In this document: one piece after another, positions 59,480 through 64,000 of the stretch
Layout of the letters: every line of letters begins with the position of its first letter
Numbering within the stretch: position 1 is the first letter of the stretch
Source of the DNA: an uncultured Clostridia bacterium
Lineage (GTDB): Bacteria; Bacillota; Clostridia; TANB77; CAG-508
Direction of reading: 5' to 3'
DNA length: 64,000 nt
Assembly: GCA_947625665.1 (NCBI GenBank)
Contig: CANQPF010000001.1
Coordinates: 2,959 to 66,958 of the forward strand
Notes under the pieces: generated by a model
What the model was told of the DNA's origin: nothing
What the model saw: only the letters and a program-made list of their open reading frames with translations
The model's database searches: none
Program-made: the position numbers and the translations under genes

Positions 59480-62400
59480 TTATTTTTGTGATATATTGAT
59501 ATTATTTATATATCCTTGAGCATCATAGTTAAATGATACTGAATATTTATTGTTAGATTTTATTGTTGATGCTCCTTTTGATATCTGACTTCCTGTATAT
59601 TTTGCAATAGCTGTACCTGCTGAAAAAGTTACACTGATTTTTGGATTTGTTCCAACACTATTACTTGAAATTACGTTTTGAATTAATGTTTTTACTTGTG
59701 CTCCAGTCTTAACTCCTGCACTTTGCGTAAATTTCGCATTAAATTCTTGTACTGCTGTATTCTTTCCTTTTACTGTTACCTTAAATGATGCCGTCTTTCC
59801 TCCATAAGTTATATAGATTGTTTTTACTCCTTCTGTTGTTGAGTTAAATCCTCTTGTTGATACTCCTGCTGATTTCATTGAAAATGCTGTTCCTGTGTTA
59901 TCATCATAATTTGCTTGTATACATCCTCCTGATAAATCTAATTTTTCTCCGATGTTGTATACTGTTTTTGCTGGCAATCTAGTTACTTTTAACTCTACCA
60001 CTTTGTCTGATTGTACTATTATCTTTAATGTCGTTGATTTTCCTTTATAGTATATTGTTATTATTTTTGTTCCTGATGTTGATGTATCTATATAGCTTGT
60101 CGTTACTCCTGCTGCCTTCATTGATATTGTTGATGTTCTTCCATCTCCATATTTTACTTTTAACGTACCTCCAGTTAAGTTTAATGTTGAACCTTTTTTT
60201 ATTAATGTTGCAGGTTTCTGAGCTACTGCTATACTTTTTACTGTTGTACTTCTATTATCTACTACTTTTACATTAAATGATGCCGTCTTTCCTCCATAAG
60301 TTATATATATTGTTTTTACTCCTTCTGTTGTTGAGTTAAATCCTCTTGTTGATACTCCCGCTGATATCATTGAAAATGCTGTTCCTGTATTATCATCATA
60401 ATTTGCTTGTATACATCCTCCTGATAAATCTAATTTTTCTCCGATGTTGTATACTGTTTTTGTTGGCAATTTAGTTACTTTTAATTCTGCCACTTTGTCT
60501 GATTGTACTATTATCTTTAATGTCGTTGATTTTCCAGCATATGTTATTGTCATTATTTTTGTTCCTGATGTTGATGTATCTATATAGCTTGTTGTTACTC
60601 CTGTTGACTTCATTGATATTACTTTGCTAGTTCCATCAGAATATGTAACTCTTAAAGTTCCTCCATTTAAATTTAATTTTGTACCTTTTTTTACAATTGT
60701 TCCATTTGGAATCTGAGCTATTGATATACTTTTTACTACTTTTTGATTGTTATTTTTTACAGTTAAACTTATATTAGTTGATAATCCTTTATATGTTAAT
60801 TTTATTATTTTTATTCCAGGCGTTGATGAATCAAATTTACTCTTTGTAACTGCATTAGAAGACATTGATATTGTTCCTACTCTTCCATCAGCATAAGATA
60901 TCTTTAATACTCCTCCTGTTAAGTTTAAATTTTCACCTACATTATATATTGTTTTTGTTGGCATTTTTGATATAGTTAAACTCTTTGGAGAATTATCCTT
61001 AACTGTTATTGTATAATAAGCTACTTTATTGCAATATACAAATGCTACTGTTTGTTTTCCCTCTTTTGATGTATTTCCTGAATAATAATTTACATTATTC
61101 CACTTAGTAGAATTTCTTGAAATCGTCCAATTTTCTGAAGTTCCATTTTCATAATTTATCTTTAATATTCCACCCGTTACATCTAAAGTTTCGTTTTTGT
61201 TATATGTCGTTTTTGTAGGAACTTTTATGAATGATATTCCAGTTACATTTGGTTTTCTTATATTAATATTATAATAAGCAGTTTTTCCACTATAATTAAA
61301 AGCTATTCTCTGAACTCCCAATTTTGAAGAATCAAATGAATATGAGTCTACATTTAACCACTTTTCAGAATTTCTCGTAATTGTCCAATTTTCTGAAGTT
61401 CCGCTTTCATAATTTATCTTTAATATTCCACCTGTAAAGTCTAAATCGTTTACTCCTTGATAATATGTAGTTTTTGTAGGAAGTTTTGCAAATGACACGC
61501 TACTTACATTTGCCTTTCTTACTGTTATTATATATGTAGCAATCTTTCCAGCGTAATTAAATTGTACTGTCTGAGTTCCTAGTTTTGATGTATCTACACT
61601 ATATGAATTTACATTTCTCCATTTTGTAGAGTTTCTTGATATACTCCAATTTTCTGAAGTTCCATTTTCATAGTTTATTCTTAAAATACCACCTGTAAAA
61701 TCTAAATCTTTTGCTCCTTGGTAATAAGATTTCTTCGTAGGCTCCTTTAAAAATGATATATTTTTTACTTTTGGTTCTCTTACTGTTATTGTATAATAAG
61801 CAACTTTTCCAGCATAATTAAAGTATACTATTTGAGTTCCTACTTTTGATGTATCAGCACTATATGAATTTACATTTTTCCATTTTTCAGAAGTATTTGA
61901 AATTGCCCAATGTTCTAAAGTTCCATTTTCATAAGTTATTTTTAATATACCGCCTTCAAAATTTAAATTATTTTCACCTTTAACATATATAGTCTTTGTA
62001 GGAGTTTTTACAAATTCTACTTTTGTTACATTTGGTTTTCTGATTGTTATATTATATGTAGCAATTTTTCCAGCATAATTAAATTGTACTGTCTGGGTTC
62101 CTATTTTTGATGTATCTACACTATATGAATTTACATTTTTCCACTTATCAGAATTTCTTGATATAGACCAGTTTTCTGTCCTTCCGTCACTATATGTTAT
62201 TTTTAATATTCCTCCATTAAAGTCTAAATCTTTTACACCTTGATAATATACTTTCTTTGTTGGCTCTTTTGCAAATTCTACTTTTGTTACTATTGTTGAT
62301 TTATTTGAAGTTGACGTATCTGGTGTTGCTGGTGACAAGTTATATGGAGCTGGTGTAGCTATCTCTGGTGTTGGCGTTATAACATTTTTATTACTATCTT

Positions 62401-63316
62401 TATTATCTATTATTCTTATATTATTATCTGTTTTTACTTCTCCTGAAGTTTCTAACATACTATCATTTTTTATCTCATTTGCTATTTCTGAAGGTTCTGC
62501 AGTCATTTTTGATTCTTTGTTTTCTTTTACTGTTACATAAAATTTAGTCTGTTTTCCTTGATATTCGACATTTATAGTTTGTATTCCTACCTTTTCCTTG
62601 TTATAACCAGTTATTTTAACATCTTTATGCTCTGCAGGTATTAGCTGAGTTCCTCCCTTTGTATCTGTTGCCATGATAGTTGCTCCTGAAAGGTCTAACT
62701 CTTCCCCTTTTGTATAAATGTTCTTATTAGGTACTGTTCTCATACCTATTCTAGCAATTGTTCCTAATATTTTTGATGTTGTAACTCTTACTTTTGCGGC
62801 AATATTGACTTCTTCCTGTTCTTCTGGGCAACCAACTGCTAGAGCAAATTTTTCTCCCATCAATTTAATAGGTTCATCGATAGTTAAAATTAGTTTTCCT
62901 TCTTCGTTTATTTTCTTATTACTAATAATATTTGTATATGTACAATCACTTGCTTCTAAACTTTCACTTCTTTGATTTACATATACTTTATATTCTCCGG
63001 ATTCACTAATATTTTTACTATCCAATTCAATTTCTTCTATGTATTCAACATATTCACTTTTACTAAATTCTGAACCGTAAATATTCAAAGTATCATCTAA
63101 TTTATGTATTTCTGATCCATTTCTAATTTCGTAATCCTCTATTTTTTCTTTTTTAGTTTCTTCTTCTGTTCCTATCGTTTTTACTACTCCCTTTATTGGC
63201 GCTGTTGCAGTAAGATCAGCAGCAAAAACAATATTACTAAAAGAAATAACATTAATAATTATAACTAACACTATAGCAATAATTTTCTTTCTTATTTCAA
63301 AACTTTTTCTTTCCAT
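59480..63316 (-). CDS. Large secreted or cell-surface protein with about 11 tandem bacterial Ig-like (Big_3-type) domains
   Basis: 1278 aa. Signal peptide KKIIAIVLVIIINVISFSNIVFA. A Pro/Thr-rich linker. Repeated roughly 90-aa modules with the signature GG(I/T)L(K/R)(I/V)xYx(D/N)GT...SxxWxNVNSYS...GTQxVxFNYAGK. No LPXTG or obvious anchor at the C-terminus. Confidence 0.7.
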   Translation of the reverse strand: MERKSFEIRKKIIAIVLVIIINVISFSNIVFAADLTATAPIKGVVKTIGTEEETKKEKIEDYEIRNGSEIHKLDDTLNIYGSEFSKSEYVEYIEEIELDSKNISESGEYKVYVNQRSESLEASDCTYTNIISNKKINEEGKLILTIDEPIKLMGEKFALAVGCPEEQEEVNIAAKVRVTTSKILGTIARIGMRTVPNKNIYTKGEELDLSGATIMATDTKGGTQLIPAEHKDVKITGYNKEKVGIQTINVEYQGKQTKFYVTVKENKESKMTAEPSEIANEIKNDSMLETSGEVKTDNNIRIIDNKDSNKNVITPTPEIATPAPYNLSPATPDTSTSNKSTIVTKVEFAKEPTKKVYYQGVKDLDFNGGILKITYSDGRTENWSISRNSDKWKNVNSYSVDTSKIGTQTVQFNYAGKIATYNITIRKPNVTKVEFVKTPTKTIYVKGENNLNFEGGILKITYENGTLEHWAISNTSEKWKNVNSYSADTSKVGTQIVYFNYAGKVAYYTITVREPKVKNISFLKEPTKKSYYQGAKDLDFTGGILRINYENGTSENWSISRNSTKWRNVNSYSVDTSKLGTQTVQFNYAGKIATYIITVRKANVSSVSFAKLPTKTTYYQGVNDLDFTGGILKINYESGTSENWTITRNSEKWLNVDSYSFDSSKLGVQRIAFNYSGKTAYYNINIRKPNVTGISFIKVPTKTTYNKNETLDVTGGILKINYENGTSENWTISRNSTKWNNVNYYSGNTSKEGKQTVAFVYCNKVAYYTITVKDNSPKSLTISKMPTKTIYNVGENLNLTGGVLKISYADGRVGTISMSSNAVTKSKFDSSTPGIKIIKLTYKGLSTNISLTVKNNNQKVVKSISIAQIPNGTIVKKGTKLNLNGGTLRVTYSDGTSKVISMKSTGVTTSYIDTSTSGTKIMTITYAGKSTTLKIIVQSDKVAELKVTKLPTKTVYNIGEKLDLSGGCIQANYDDNTGTAFSMISAGVSTRGFNSTTEGVKTIYITYGGKTASFNVKVVDNRSTTVKSIAVAQKPATLIKKGSTLNLTGGTLKVKYGDGRTSTISMKAAGVTTSYIDTSTSGTKIITIYYKGKSTTLKIIVQSDKVVELKVTRLPAKTVYNIGEKLDLSGGCIQANYDDNTGTAFSMKSAGVSTRGFNSTTEGVKTIYITYGGKTASFKVTVKGKNTAVQEFNAKFTQSAGVKTGAQVKTLIQNVISSNSVGTNPKISVTFSAGTAIAKYTGSQISKGASTIKSNNKYSVSFNYDAQGYINNINISQK
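59780..60780. repeat. Two tandem ~495-bp near-identical direct repeats inside the surface-protein gene
   Basis: The DNA around 59768-60130 and 60266-60630 is about 95% identical. For example, ...AAATGATGCCGTCTTTCCTCCATAAGTTATATA...GCTTGTATACATCCTCCTGATAAATCTAATTTTTCTCCGATGTTGTATACTGTTTTTG... is repeated. The encoded two-domain units differ by only a few residues. Confidence 0.75.
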
Positions 63317-63506
63317 TGTTACATCCTCCTTTATGTAAATTTTATATAAATAATATTTCTAACTTTTATTAAAGCTCTCACTATTTATTATACCATATTT
63401 TGCATGATTTTTCAATATTTTACAGGTTTCATAATGCTTTATTTTTATAAAAGTATAGCTTTTTTTTATTTTTATTGATATACTATTTTTAAATTTTATT
63501 TTAAAG

Positions 63507-64000
63507 GAGGTTTGTCATGCCAACACCACATAATAATGCAAATCCAGGAGAAATTGCGAAGACCGTAATAATGCCTGGTGATCCACTTAGAGCAAAATAT
63601 ATAGCAGAGAATTTTTTAGAAAATGCAAAACTAGTTAATGATGTTAGAAACATATACACTTATACGGGTTCTTACAAAGGAAAAACTATATCAGTTATGG
63701 CTTCAGGTATGGGTATGCCTAGTATGGGAATTTATTGTTATGAATTATATAAACTATATAATGTCGATAATATAGTTAGAATAGGCTCTTGCGGTTCTTA
63801 TACTCCTGGTTTATCACTTTTTGATATCATTCTTTCAACTACTGTCTACAGCGAATCAAATTTTGCTTTACAATTAAATAATGAAGATTGTCATTTCGTA
63901 GAATCAAATGCTGAGTTGAATAATATTATTATAAACAAATCTAAAGAACTAGGCATTGATATTGTTGCAGGCAATACGGTTACAACAGATTGCTTTGATT
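63507..64000 (+). CDS. deoD: Purine nucleoside phosphorylase, DeoD type. Partial: the gene runs off the window 3' end.
   Basis: MPTPHNNANPGEIAKTVIMPGDPLRAKYIAENFLENAKLVNDVRN...ISVMASGMGMPS is colinear with E. coli DeoD. An AAGGAGG RBS lies 6 nt upstream of the ATG. Confidence 0.85.

Noticed and set aside
1-64000. Search for CRISPR arrays, tRNA/rRNA genes, transposases, integrases or phage structural genes
   Set aside because: No short direct-repeat/spacer arrays, no cloverleaf-like conserved tRNA segments, and no recognisable transposase, integrase or phage protein translations were seen on either strand. The window appears to be core chromosome.

Overview
This is a low-GC chromosomal segment from a spore-forming Firmicute, Clostridia-like. 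Almost all genes are on the minus strand. The block is largely housekeeping and sporulation genes: ileS with a T-box leader, sleB, holA, ruvC, a glycogen-debranching-type glucosidase, yvcK-like, murB, ylbJ, addA, pfk, a complete spoIIIAA-AH operon, yebC, feoAB, argG with a T-box leader, cysE, aroG-type DAHP synthase, leuA, dapF, murI, rdgB, nrdDG, ispE, cobB, ispD, sigH, a GH18 spore-type hydrolase, a cadC-cadA metal efflux pair, a 1278-aa repetitive Ig-like surface protein, and the deoD start. I found no rRNA, tRNA, CRISPR, transposase or integrase. The points worth a second look are these. (1) The rqcH/FbpA-family gene is split by a +1 frameshift. (2) The argG T-box leader is followed by a degenerate second T-box/terminator copy and a third motif remnant at the RBS. 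(3) addA has no adjacent addB and is instead translationally coupled to two unknown ORFs. (4) An AbrB-fold/zinc-ribbon regulator sits divergent from an XRE regulator. (5) A YvcK homologue carries an N-terminal membrane anchor and a long basic tail. (6) The giant surface-protein gene contains near-identical tandem ~0.5-kb repeats. (7) A perfect 18-bp palindrome lies upstream of nrdDG. Several small antisense ORFs in the supplied track are treated as spurious.
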